Shown: positions 1 to 16,600 of the stretch, piece by piece
How the letters are laid out: the number at the start of each line of letters is the position of its first letter
Numbering within the stretch: the stretch's first letter is position 1
Source of the DNA: Nemertoderma westbladi
Lineage: Eukaryota > Animalia > Xenacoelomorpha
Length of the DNA stretch: 56,921 nt
Assembly (NCBI GenBank): GCA_032718475.1
Contig: JAUCBJ010005690.1
Span: forward strand, 1 to 56,921
Reading direction: 5' to 3'
Notes under the pieces: model-generated
What the model was told of the DNA's origin: nothing
The model's input: only the letters and a program-made list of their open reading frames with translations
Database searches by the model: none
Program-made: the position numbers and the translations under genes

Positions 1-1039
1 GGCCAACCAGCTTAGGGAGGTTGCCTCAGCCCTGCTGTCCGTATCGGCCAATAGAATTTGAGTGGGCGTTGATTTTGACCTATCCCAGAGCTACTGAACT
101 GAATTTCCTATCTGTATGCTCATCCTCTGTGTTGGACGGGAGCTTCGGGGAATAAGGGTAGTTGGTATCCTCGTATAGTATTCTAGTCATATGATTCTTC
201 ATATGATTCTGTTGTTGTGTTCCCATTTTTCGCCATAACACCGGCTTTTGGGAAGAACTCTAGTAAAACTGCTTAAATTATCGAAAGTATAACTGTTATC
301 TTATCCGATCTAACTAACTCACTGGTAATCATATTATTCTTCCGAACTTTACTTATTAATTATATTGTTTGTACTGTTATTTACCGTCAGTTATTAATTG
401 TATCTATTTGTTGAGGAAATATTGCCCTTTGGAGAATACGGATAAATCACCCAAAATTCCCAATTTTCTTGATACACTATAGGTTAGAGAGACAGGCTAT
501 ACATAACAATTGCGATTTATATTAATGTGGTGTGTATTGAATCTAATGTTATTTAGCAGACCCTACATGAGTCAATTGCTGCTCTCTTTATGTGTGATCA
601 AATTTACTGACGGTCGGCAGAATAGTGTGCATGATTGTGATTGGTAACAAAGCATTTCCTAAAGAATGCGCCTTATACTTTAATCATAAGCGGTATCGTT
701 GCGTTTAGTATAAGTCCTAGTTCTGTTTAAATAGATAGAGCGCCACGTCCTAAAGGAACTGTTAATATTTCCCGAAAGCCAATAATATCTGTCAGAAATT
801 AATTAATAACGATCAATCGAATAATACAGTAAGTTTACACTGCAACCTTACACTGCAATAATAAAATTTAAGCAGCCGAATTCAGCCTCCCGGGTGTAGA
901 TCCATCGGGTGAATGATCGCGCATGGGCTGGCTTCGGTTAATGTTTTGTTTATTAGCATAAAATATTGTCGTATGCTAAAGGTGTTTTAATTAACTAAAA
1001 GACATATAAATTTTGGCAGGTTAAACTGCTAAAGGTCTT

Positions 1040-1683
1040 CAAAAGCGCGAACACAATGGTAAATCTGGAGGACCCGAATGGTTGCCTTACGAAATACTTA
1101 AAGCCTCTCTCCCGATTACCCTAATCTTATGGACAACCTTCTTCAACATTTGTTTCAACGCCGGTAGTGGAATTAAATCTTGGAAGGAAAGTTTGATTAA
1201 GGTACTATATAAAGGTAAAGGCAGCCGAAAAGAAGCAGACAATTACAAATGCATCGCACTTGTTGTGTAACTGTAACCCATTTAAGATTCTCACTGCCCT
1301 CGTCGGAAGATTAGATTCACATATTCCAAATGAACAATATGGGTTTATGTGCGGAAGATCAACGCTTGAACTAATTTCGCTCCTGATAAAGAGAATCTCC
1401 AGTAACCTTTCTCGTCCAAAAAATCCGCTTTACGTGATATTTATCGATTTTAGAAAAGCTTTTGATACGGTGCCCCATGAAAGACGAATAGCGAAGCTAA
1501 GAAACCAGTACAACATCAAAGGTAAAATGTATAATCTAATTAAGTGGATTTTGTCTCCGAACTACATGCGAATATCTGATGGATTGCGAACATCCAACCC
1601 AGATTTTTAACGGAAGGGTGTATTACAAGGAGATAGCCTCAGTCCATATCTCTTTCTGTTATATATTTTGGATCTGATATAAA
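1040..1683 (+). pseudogene. Degraded non-LTR retrotransposon (LINE) reverse transcriptase fragment
   Basis: Frameshifted/stop-interrupted frames give RT motifs GPEWLPYEILK, LYKGKG..DNYKCIAL, EQYGFM.GRST, FIDFRKAFDTVPH and GVLQGDSLSPYLFLLYI (1618-1668). The sequence ends before the YADD motif, where the satellite begins. Confidence 0.9.
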
Positions 1684-1690
1684 GAACGCC

Positions 1691-4600
1691 GAACAGAACA
1701 TATGAACAGAACATATGAACAGAACATATGAACAGAACATATGAACAGAACATATGAACAGAACATATGAACAGAACATATGAACAGAACATATGAACAG
1801 AACATATGAACAGAACATATGAACAGAACATATGAACAGAACATATGAACAGAACATATGAACAGAACATATGAACAGAACATATGAACAGAACATATGA
1901 ACAGAACATATGAACAGAACATATGAACAGAACAGATGAACAGAACAGATGAACAGAACAGATGAACAGAACATATGAACAGAACATATATATGAACAGA
2001 ACATATATATGAACAGAACAGATGAACAGAACATATGAACAGAACATATGAACAAGACAAATGAACAGAATATATGAACAGAATATATGAACAGAACAGA
2101 TGAACAGAACATATGAACAGAACAGATGAACAGAACAGATGAACAGAACATATGAACAGAACATATATATGAACAGAACATATATATGAACAGAACAGAT
2201 GAACAGAACATATGAACAGAACATATGAACAGAATATATGAACAGAACATATGAACAGAATATATGAACAGAACATATGAACAGAACGAATGAACAGAAT
2301 ATATGAACAGAACATATGAATAGAACATATATATGAACAGAACATATATATGAACAGAACAGATGAACAGAACATATGAACAGAACATATGAACAGAACA
2401 TATGAACAGAATATATGAACAGAACATATGAACAGAACGAATGAACATAATATATGAACAGAACATATGAACAGAATATATGAACAGAACATATGAACAG
2501 AATATATGAACAGAACAGATGAACAGAACATATGAACAGAACAGATGAACAGAACAGATGAACAGAACATATGAACAGAACATATATATGAACAGAACAT
2601 ATATATGAACAGAACAGATGAACAGAACATATGAACAGAACATATGAACAGAACATATGAACAGAATATATGAACAGAACATATGAACAGAACGAATGAA
2701 CAGAATATATGAACAGAACATATGAACAGAATATATGAACAGAACATATGAACAGAATATATGAACAGAACATATGAACAGAACGAATGAACAGAATATA
2801 TGAACAGAACATATGAATAGAACATATATATGAACATATATATGAACAGAACAGATGAACAGAACATATGAACAGAACATATGAACAGAACATATGAACA
2901 GAACATATATATGAACAGAACAGATGAACAGAACATATGAACAGAACATATGAACAGAATATATGAACAGAACATATGAACAGAACGAATGAACATAATA
3001 TATGAACAGAACATATGAACAGAATATATGAACAGAACATATGAACAGAATATATGAACAGAACAGATGAACAGAACATATGAACAGAACAGATGAACAG
3101 AACAGATGAACAGAACATATGAACAGAACATATATATGAACAGAACATATATATGAACAGAACAGATGAACAGAACATATGAACAGAACATATGAACAGA
3201 ACATATGAACAGAATATATGAACAGAACATATGAACAGAACGAATGAACAGAATATATGAACAGAACATATGAACAGAATATATGAACAGAACATATGAA
3301 CAGAATATATGAACAGAACATATGAACAGAACGAATGAACAGAATATATGAACAGAACATATGAATAGAACATATATATGAACATATATATGAACAGAAC
3401 AGATGAACAGAACATATGAACAGAACATATGAACAGAACATATGAACAGAACATATGAACAGAACAAATGAACATAATATATGAACAGAATATATGAACA
3501 GAACAGATGAACAGAACATATGAACAGAACATATGAACAGAACATATATATGAACATAACAGATGAACAGAACATATGAACAGAACATATGAACAGAATA
3601 TATGAACAGAACATATGAACAGAATATATGAACAGAACATATGAACAGAACGAATGAACAGAATATATGAACAGAACATATGAATAGAACATATATATGA
3701 ACAGAACAGATGAACAGAACATATGAACAGAACATATGAACAGAACATATGAACAGAACATATATATGAACAGAACAGATGAACAGAACATATGAACAGA
3801 ACATATTAACAGAACAGATGAACAGAACATACAGTATGAACAGAATATATGAACAGAACATATGAACAGAACATATTAACAGAATATATGAACAGAAAAA
3901 ATGAACAGAACATATGAACAGAACAAATGAACAGAACATATGAACAGAAAAGAACAGAACATATGAACAGAATATATGAACAGAACATATGAACAGAACA
4001 TATGAACAGAAAAGAACAGAACATATCAATAGAATATATGAACAGAACATATGAACAGAACATATGAACAGAACATATGAACAGAACATATGAACAGAAC
4101 AGATGAACAGAACATATGAACAGAAAAGAACAGAACATATCAACAGAATATATGAACAGAACATATGAACAGAACATATGAACAGAACATATGAACAGAA
4201 CAGATGAACAGAACAAATGAACAGAACATATGAACAGAACATATGAACAGAACATATGAACAGAAAAAATGAACAGAACATATGAACAGAACAAATGAAC
4301 AGAACATATGAACAGAAAAGAACAGAACATATCAACAGAATATATGAACAGAACATATGAACAGAACAGATGAACAGAACATATGAACAGAACATATGAA
4401 CAGAACATATGAACAGAATATATGAACAGAACATATGAACAGAACATATGAACAGAACATATGAACAGAACATATGAACAGAATATATGAACAGAACAGA
4501 TGAACAGAACATATGAACAGAACATATGAACAGAACAGATGAACAGAACATATGAACAGAACAAATGAACAGAACATATGAACAGAACAAATGAACAGAA

Positions 4601-7600
4601 CATATTAACAGAATATATATATGAACAGAACAGATGAACAGAACATATGAACAGAACATATATATGAACAGAACATATGAACAGAACAGATGAACAGAAC
4701 ATATGAACAGAACATATATATGAACAGAACAGATGAACAGAACATATGAACAGAACATATGAACAAGACAAATGAACAGAATATATGAACAGAATATATG
4801 AACAGAACAGATGAACAGAACATATGAACAGAACAGATGAACAGAACAGATGAACAGAACATATGAACAGAACATATATATGAACAGAACATATATATGA
4901 ACAGAACAGATGAACAGAACATATGAACAGAACATATGAACAGAATATATGAACAGAACATATGAACAGAATATATGAACAGAACATATGAACAGAACGA
5001 ATGAACAGAATATATGAACAGAACATATGAATAGAACATATATATGAACAGAACATATATATGAACAGAACAGATGAACAGAACATATGAACAGAACATA
5101 TGAACAGAACATATGAACAGAATATATGAACAGAACATATGAACAGAACGAATGAACAGAATATATGAACAGAACATATGAACAGAATATATGAACAGAA
5201 CATATGAACAGAATATATGAACAGAACAGATGAACAGAACATATGAACAGAACAGATGAACAGAACAGATGAACAGAACATATGAACAGAACATATATAT
5301 GAACAGAACATATATATGAACAGAACAGATGAACAGAACATATGAACAGAACATATGAACAGAACATATGAACAGAATATATGAACAGAACATATGAACA
5401 GAACGAATGAACAGAATATATGAACAGAACATATGAACAGAATATATGAACAGAACATATGAACAGAATATATGAACAGAACATATGAACAGAACGAATG
5501 AACAGAATATATGAACAGAACATATGAATAGAACATATATATGAACATATATATGAACAGAACAGATGAACAGAACATATGAACAGAACATATGAACAGA
5601 ACATATGAACAGAACATATATATGAACAGAACAGATGAACAGAACATATGAACAGAACATATATATGAACAGAACAGATGAACAGAACATATGAACAGAA
5701 CATATGAACAGAACATATGAACAGAACATATGAACAGAACATATGAACAGAACATATGAACAGAACAAATGAACATAATATATGAACAGAATATATGAAC
5801 AGAACAGATGAACAGAACATATGAACAGAACATATGAACAGAACATATATATGAACAGAACAGATGAACAGAACATATGAACAGAACATATGAACAGAAT
5901 ATATGAACAGAACATATGAACAGAATATATGAACAGAACATATGAACAGAACGAATGAACAGAATATATGAACAGAACATATGAATAGAACATATATATG
6001 AACAGAACAGATGAACAGAACATATGAACAGAACATATGAACAGAACATATGAACAGAACATATATATGAACAGAACAGATGAACAGAACATATGAACAG
6101 AACATATTAACAGAACAGATGAACAGAACATACAGTATGAACAGAATATATGAACAGAACATATGAACAGAACATATTAACAGAATATATGAACAGAAAA
6201 AATGAACAGAACATATGAACAGAACAAATGAACAGAACATATGAACAGAAAAGAACAGAACATATGAACAGAATATATGAACAGAACATATGAACAGAAC
6301 ATATGAACAGAAAAGAACAGAACATATCAATAGAATATATGAACAGAACATATGAACAGAACATATGAACAGAACATATGAACAGAACATATGAACAGAA
6401 CAGATGAACAGAACATATGAACAGAAAAGAACAGAACATATCAACAGAATATATGAACAGAACATATGAACAGAACATATGAACAGAACATATGAACAGA
6501 ACAGATGAACAGAACAAATGAACAGAACATATGAACAGAACATATGAACAGAACATATGAACAGAAAAAATGAACAGAACATATGAACAGAACAAATGAA
6601 CAGAACATATGAACAGAAAAGAACAGAACATATCAACAGAATATATGAACAGAACATATGAACAGAACAGATGAACAGAACATATGAACAGAACATATGA
6701 ACAGAACATATGAACAGAATATATGAACAGAACATATCAACAGAACATATGAACAGAACATATGAACAGAACATATGAACAGAATATATGAACAGAACAG
6801 ATGAACAGAACATATGAACAGAACATATGAACAGAACAGATGAACAAAACATATGAACAGAACAAATGAACAGAACATATGAACAGAACAAATGAACAGA
6901 ACATATTAACAGAATATATATATGAACAGAACAGATGAACAGAACATATGAACAGAACATATATATGAACAGAACATATGAACAGAACAGATGAACAGAA
7001 CATATGAACAGAACATATTAACAGAACATATTAACAGAACAGATGAACAGAACATACAGTATGAACAGAATATATGAACAGAATATATGAACAGAACATA
7101 TGAACAGAATATATGAACAGAACATATGAACAGAACAGATGAACAGAACAAATGAACAGAACATATGAACAGAACAAATGAACAGAACAGATGAACAGAA
7201 CATATGAACAGAACAAATGAACAGAATATATGAACAGAACATATGAACAGAATATATGAACAGAACATATGAACAGAACATATGAACAGAACAAATGAAC
7301 AGAATATATGAACAGAACATATGAACAGAATATATGAACAGAACAGATGAACAGAACATATGAACAGAACAGATGAACAGAACAGATGAACAGAACATAT
7401 GAACAGAACATATATATGAACAGAACATATATATGAACAGAACAGATGAACAGAACATATGAACAGAACATATGAACAGAACATATGAACAGAACATATG
7501 AACAGAACATATGAACAGAACAGATGAACAGAACATATGAACAGAATATATGAACAGAATATATGAACAGAACATATGAACAGAACATATGAACAGAACA

Positions 7601-10600
7601 GATGAACAGAACATATGAACAGAACATATATATGAACAGAACATATATATGAACAGAACAGATGAACAGAACATATGAACAGAACATATGAACAGAACTT
7701 ATGAACAGAATATATGAACAGAACATATGAACAGAATATATGAACAGAACATATGAACAGAACAGATGAACAGAACAAATGAACAGAACATATGAACAGA
7801 ACAAATGAACAGAACAGATGAACAGAACATATGAACAGAACAAATGAACAGAATATATGAACAGAACATATGAACAGAATATATGAACAGAACATATGAA
7901 CAGAACATATGAACAGAACAAATGAACAGAATATATGAACAGAACATATGAACAGAATATATGAACAGAACAGATGAACAGAACATATGAACAGAACAGA
8001 TGAACAGAACAGATAAACAGAACATATGAACAGAACATATATATGAACAGAACATATATATGAACAGAACAGATGAACAGAACATATGAACAGAACATAT
8101 GAACAGAACATATGAACAGAACATATGAACAGAACAGATGAACAGAACATATGAACAGAATATATGAACAGAACATATGAACAGAACATATGAACAGAAC
8201 ATATGAACAGAACAGATGAACAGAACATATGAACAGAACATATGAACAGAACATATATATGAACAGAACAGATGAACAGAACATATGAACAGAACATATG
8301 AACAGAACTTATGAACAGAACATATGAACAGAACAGATGAACAGAACAGATGAACAGAACATATGAACAGAACATATGAACAGAACATATATATGAACAG
8401 AACAGATGAACAGAACATATGAACAGAATATATGAACAGAACATATGAACAGAATATATGAACAGAACATATGAACAGAATATATGAACAGAACAGATGA
8501 ACAGAACATATGAACAGAACAGATGAACAGAACAGATGAACAGAACATATGAACAGAACATATATATGAACAGAACATATATATGAACAGAACAGATGAA
8601 CAGAACATATGAACAGAACATATGAACAGAACATATGAACAGAACAAATGAACAGAATATATGAACAGAACTTATGAACAGAACATATGAACAGAACATA
8701 TGAACAGAACATATGAACAGAACAAATGAACAGAATATATGAACAGAACTTATGAACAGAACAGATGAACAGAACATACAGTATGAACAGAATATATGAA
8801 CAGAACATATGAACAGAATATATGAACAGAACATATATATGAACAGAACAGATGAACAGAACATATGAACAGAATATATGAACAGAACATATGAACAGAA
8901 TATATGAACAGAACATATGAACAGAATATATAAACAGAACAGATGAACAGAACATATGAACAGAACAGATGAACAGAACAGATGAACAGAACATATGAAC
9001 AGAACATATATATGAACAGAACATATATATGAACAGAACAGATGAACAGAACATATGAACAGAACATATGAACAGAACATATGAACAGAACAAATGAACA
9101 GAATATATGAACAGAACTTATGAACAGAACATATGAACAGAACATATGAACAGAACATATGAACAGAACATATGAACAGAACAAATGAACAGAACATATG
9201 AACAGAACAAATGAACAGAATATATGAACAGAACTTATGAACAGAACATATGAACAGAAAAGATGAACAGAACAGATGAACAGAACATATGAACAGAACA
9301 TATGAACAGAACATATGAACAGAACAAATGAACAGAATATATGAACAGAACTTAAGAACAGAACATATGAACAGAACATATGAACAGAACATATGAACAG
9401 AACAGATGAACAGAACATATGAACAGAATATATGAACAGAACTTAAGAACAGAACATATGAACAGAACATATGAACAGAACATATGAACAGAATATATGA
9501 ACAGAACATATGAACAGAATATATGAACAGAACATATGAACAGAATATATGAACAGAACAGATGAACAGAACATATGAACAGAACAGATGAACAGAACAG
9601 ATGAACAGAACATATATATGAACAGAACAGATGAACAGAACATATGAACAGAACATATGAACAGAATATATGAACAGAACATATGAACAGAATATATGAA
9701 CAGAACATATGAACAGAACGAATGAACAGAATATATGAACAGAACATATGAATAGAACATATATATGAACAGAACAGATGAACAGAACATATGAACAGAA
9801 CATATGAACAGAACATATGAACAGAACATATATATGAACAGAACAGATGAACAGAACATATGAACAGAACATATGAACAGAACATATTAACAGAACAGAT
9901 GAACAGAACATACAGTATGAACAGAATATATGAACAGAACATATTAACAGAATATATGAACAGAAAAAATGAACAGAACATATGAACAGAACAAATGAAC
10001 AGAACATATGAACAGAAAAGAACAGAACATATCAACAGAATATATGAACAGAACATATGAACAGAACATATGAACAGAACATATGAACAGAACATATGAA
10101 CAGAACAGATGAACAGAACATAACATATGAACAGAACATATGAACAGAAAAGAACAGAACATATTAACAGAATATATGAACAGAAAAAATGAACAGAACA
10201 TATGAACAGAACAAATGAACAGAACATATGAACAGAAAAGAACAGAACATATCAACAGAATATATGAACAGAACATATGAACAGAACATATGAACAGAAC
10301 AGATGAACAGAACATATGAACAGAAAAGAACAGAACATATCAACAGAATATATGAACAGAACATATGAACAGAACATATGAACAGAACATATGAACAGAA
10401 CAGATGAACAGAACATAACATATGAACAGAACATATGAACAGAAAAGAACAGAACATATGAACAGAACATATGAACAGAACATATGAACAGAACAGATGA
10501 ACAGAACATATGAACAGAACAGATGAACAGAACATATGAACAGAACAGATGAACAGAATATATGAACAGAACATATGAACAGAACATATTAACAGAATAT

Positions 10601-13600
10601 ATGAACAGAAAAAATGAACAGAACATATGAACAGAACAAATGAACAGAACATATGAACAGAAAAGAACAGAACATATGAACAGAATATATGAACAGAACA
10701 TATGAACAGAACATATGAACAGAAAAGAACAGAACATATCAATAGAATATATGAACAGAACATATGAACAGAACATATGAACAGAACATATGAACAGAAC
10801 ATATGAACAGAACAGATGAACAGAACATATGAACAGAAAAGAACAGAACATATCAACAGAATATATGAACAGAACATATGAACAGAACATATGAACAGAA
10901 CATATGAACAGAACAGATGAACAGAACAAATGAACAGAACATATGAACAGAACATATGAACAGAACATATGAACAGAAAAAATGAACAGAACATATGAAC
11001 AGAACAAATGAACAGAACATATGAACAGAAAAGAACAGAACATATCAACAGAATATATGAACAGAACATATGAACAGAACAGATGAACAGAACATATGAA
11101 CAGAACATATGAACAGAACATATGAACAGAATATATGAACAGAACATATGAACAGAACATATGAACAGAACATATGAACAGAACATATGAACAGAACAAA
11201 TGAACAGAACAGATGAACAGAACATATGAACAGAATATATGAACAGAACATATGAACAGAACATATGAACAGAACATATGAACAGAACATATGAACAGAA
11301 CAAATGAACAGAACAGATGAACAGAACATATGAACAGAACATATGAACAGAATATATGAACAGAACATATGAACAGAACATATGAACAGAACATATGAAC
11401 AGAACATATGAACAGAACAAATGAACAGAACAGATGAACAGAACATATGAACAGAACAGATGAACAGAACATATGAACAGAACATATGAACAGAACATAT
11501 GAACAGAATATATGAACAGAACAGATGAACAGAACATATGAACAGAACATATGAACAGAACAGATGAACAGAACATATGAACAGAACAAATGAACAGAAC
11601 ATATGAACAGAACAAATGAACAGAACATATTAACAGAATATATATATGAACAGAACAGATGAACAGAACATATGAACAGAACATATATATGAACAGAACA
11701 TATGAACAGAACAGATGAACAGAACATATGAACAGAACATATTAACAGAACATATTAACAGAACAGATGAACAGAACATACAGTATGAACAGAATATATG
11801 AACAGAATATATGAACAGAACATATGAACAGAATATATGAACAGAACATATGAACAGAACAGATGAACAGAACAAATGAACAGAACATATGAACAGAACA
11901 AATGAACAGAACAGATGAACAGAACATATGAACAGAACAAATGAACAGAATATATGAACAGAACATATGAACAGAATATATGAACAGAACATATGAACAG
12001 AACATATGAACAGAACAAATGAACAGAATATATGAACAGAACATATGAACAGAATATATGAACAGAACAGATGAACAGAACATATGAACAGAACAGATGA
12101 ACAGAACAGATGAACAGAACATATGAACAGAACATATATATGAACAGAACATATATATGAACAGAACAGATGAACAGAACATATGAACAGAACATATGAA
12201 CAGAACATATGAACAGAACATATGAACAGAACATATGAACAGAACAGATGAACAGAACATATGAACAGAATATATGAACAGAACATATGAACAGAACTTA
12301 TGAACAGAATATATGAACAGAACATATGAACAGAATATATGAACAGAACATATGAACAGAACAGATGAACAGAACAAATGAACAGAACAAATGAACAGAA
12401 CAGATGAACAGAACATATGAACAGAACAAATGAACAGAATATATGAACAGAACATATGAACAGAATATATGAACAGAACATATGAACAGAACATATGAAC
12501 AGAACAAATGAACAGAATATATGAACAGAACATATGAACAGAATATATGAACAGAACAGATGAACAGAACATATGAACAGAACAAATGAACAGAACAGAT
12601 GAACAGAACATATGAACAGAACAAATGAACAGAATATATGAACAGAACATATGAACAGAATATATGAACAGAACATATGAACAGAACATATGAACAGAAC
12701 AAATGAACAGAATATATGAACAGAACATATGAACAGAATATATGAACAGAACAGATGAACAGAACAAATGAACAGAACATATGAACAGAACAAATGAACA
12801 GAACAGATGAACAGAACATATGAACAGAACAAATGAACAGAATATATGAACAGAACATATGAACAGAATATATGAACAGAACATATGAACAGAACATATG
12901 AACAGAACAAATGAACAGAATATATGAACAGAACATATGAACAGAATATATGAACAGAACAGATGAACAGAACATATGAACAGAACAAATGAACAGAATA
13001 TATGAACAGAACATATGAACAGAATATATGAACAGAACATATGAACAGAACATATGAACAGAACAAATGAACAGAATATATGAACAGAACATATGAACAG
13101 AATATATGAACAGAACAGATGAACAGAACAGATAAACAGAACATATGAACAGAACATATATATGAACAGAACATATATATGAACAGAACAGATGAACAGA
13201 ACATATGAACAGAACATATGAACAGAACATATGAACAGAACATATGAACAGAACAGATGAACAGAACATATGAACAGAATATACGAACAGAACATATGAA
13301 CAGAACTTATGAACAGAACATATGAACAGAACAGATGAACAGAACATATGAACAGAACATATGAACAGAACATATATATGAACAGAACAGATGAACAGAA
13401 CATATGAACAGAACATATGAACAGAACTTATGAACAGAACATATGAACAGAACAGATGAACAGAACAGATGAACAGAACATATGAACAGAACATATGAAC
13501 AGAACATATATATGAACAGAACAGATGAACAGAACATATGAACAGAATATATGAACAGAACATATGAACAGAATATATGAACAGAACATATGAACAGAAT

Positions 13601-16600
13601 ATATGAACAGAACAGATGAACAGAACATATGAACAGAACAGATGAACAGAACAGATGAACAGAACATATGAACAGAACATATATATGAACAGAACATATA
13701 TATGAACAGAACAGATGAACAGAACATATGAACAGAACATATGAACAGAACATATGAACAGAACAAATGAACAGAATATATGAACAGAACTTATGAACAG
13801 AACATATGAACAGAACATATGAACAGAACATATGAACAGAACAAATGAACAGAATATATGAACAGAACTTATGAACAGAACAGATGAACAGAACATACAG
13901 TATGAACAGAATATATGAACAGAACATATGAACAGAATATATGAACAGAACATATATATGAACAGAACAGATGAACAGAACATATGAACAGAATATATGA
14001 ACAGAACATATGAACAGAATATATGAACAGAACATATGAACAGAATATATAAACAGAACAGATGAACAGAACATATGAACAGAACAGATGAACAGAACAG
14101 ATGAACAGAACATATGAACAGAACATATATATGAACAGAACATATATATGAACAGAACAGATGAACAGAACATATGAACAGAACATATGAACAGAACATA
14201 TGAACAGAACAAATGAACAGAATATATGAACAGAACTTATGAACAGAACATATGAACAGAACATATGAACAGAACATATGAACAGAACATATGAACAGAA
14301 CAAATGAACAGAACATATGAACAGAACAAATGAACAGAATATATGAACAGAACTTATGAACAGAACATATGAACAGAAAAGATGAACAGAACAGATGAAC
14401 AGAACATATGAACAGAACATATGAACAGAACATATGAACAGAACAAATGAACAGAATATATGAACAGAACTTAAGAACAGAACATATGAACAGAACATAT
14501 GAACAGAACATATGAACAGAACAGATGAACAGAACATATGAACAGAATATATGAACAGAACTTAAGAACAGAACATATGAACAGAACATATGAACAGAAC
14601 ATATGAACAGAATATATGAACAGAACATATGAACAGAATATATGAACAGAACATATGAACAGAATATATGAACAGAACAGATGAACAGAACATATGAACA
14701 GAACAGATGAACAGAACAGATGAACAGAACATATGAACAGAACATATATATGAACAGAACATATATATGAACAGAACAGATGAACAGAACATATGAACAG
14801 AACATATGAACAGAACATATGAACAGAACAAATGAACAGAATATATGAACAGAACTTATGAACAGAACATATGAACAGAACATATGAACAGAACATATGA
14901 ACAGAACAAATGAACAGAACTTATGAACAGAACATATTAACAGAACAAATGAACAGAATATATGAACAGAACATATGAACAGAACAAATGAACAGAACTT
15001 ATGAACAGAACATATGAACAGAACATATTAACAGAACATATGAACAGAACATATGAACAGAACATATATATGAACAGAACAGATGAACAGAACATATGAA
15101 CAGAACATATGAACAGAATATATGAACAGAACATATGAACAGAATATATGAACAGAACATATGAACAGAACGAATGAACAGAATATATGAACAGAACATA
15201 TGAATAGAACATATATATGAACAGAACAGATGAACAGAACATATGAACAGAACAGATGAACAGAACATATGAACAGAAAAGAACAGAACATATCAACAGA
15301 ATATATGAACAGAACATATGAACAGAACATATGAACAGAACATATGAACAGAACAGATGAACAGAACAAATGAACAGAACATATGAACAGAACATATGAA
15401 CAGAACATATGAACAGAACATATGAACAGAACAGATGAACAGAACATATGAACAGAATATATGAACAGAACAGATGAACAGAACAAATGAACAGAACATA
15501 TGAACAGAACAAATGAACAGAACAGATGAACAGAACATATGAACAGAACAAATGAACAGAATATATGAACAGAACATATGAACAGAATATATGAACAGAA
15601 TATATAAACAGAACAGATGAACAGAACATATGAACAGAACAGATGAACAGAACAGATGAACAGAACATATGAACAGAACATATATATGAACAGAACATAT
15701 ATATGAACAGAACAGATGAACAGAACATATGAACAGAACATATGAACAGAACATATGAACAGAACAAATGAACAGAATATATGAACAGAACTTATGAACA
15801 GAACATATGAACAGAACATATGAACAGAACATATGAACAGAACATATGAACAGAACAAATGAACAGAACATATGAACAGAACAAATGAACAGAATATATG
15901 AACAGAACTTATGAACAGAACATATGAACAGAAAAGATGAACAGAACAGATGAACAGAACATATGAACAGAACAAATGAACAGAATATATGAACAGAACA
16001 TATGAACAGAACATATGAACAGAACAAATGAACAGAATATATGAACAGAACATATGAACAGAATATATGAACAGAACAGATGAACAGAACATATGAACAG
16101 AACAAATTAACAGAATATATGAACAGAACATATGAACAGAATATATGAACAGAACATATGAACAGAACATATGAACAGAACAAATGAACAGAATATATGA
16201 ACAGAACAAATGAACAGAATATATGAACAGAACAGATGAACAGAACATATGAACAGAACATATGAACAGAACAAATTAACAGAATATATGAACAGAACAT
16301 ATGAACAGAATATATGAACAGAACATATGAACAGAACATATGAACAGAACAAATGAACAGAATATATGAACAGAACATATGAACAGAACATATGAACAGA
16401 ACAAATTAACAGAATATATGAACAGAACATATGAACAGAATATATGAACAGAACATATGAACAGAACATATGAACAGAACAAATGAACAGAATATATGAA
16501 CAGAACATATGAACAGAATATATGAACAGAACAGATGAACAGAACATATGAACAGAACAAATTAACAGAATATATGAACAGAACATATGAACAGAATATA

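Noticed and set aside
873-939. GC-rich hairpin upstream of the RT fragment, considered as an HDV-like ribozyme
   Set aside because: Could not build the nested double pseudoknot; the catalytic C position reads T (GGTGAAT).
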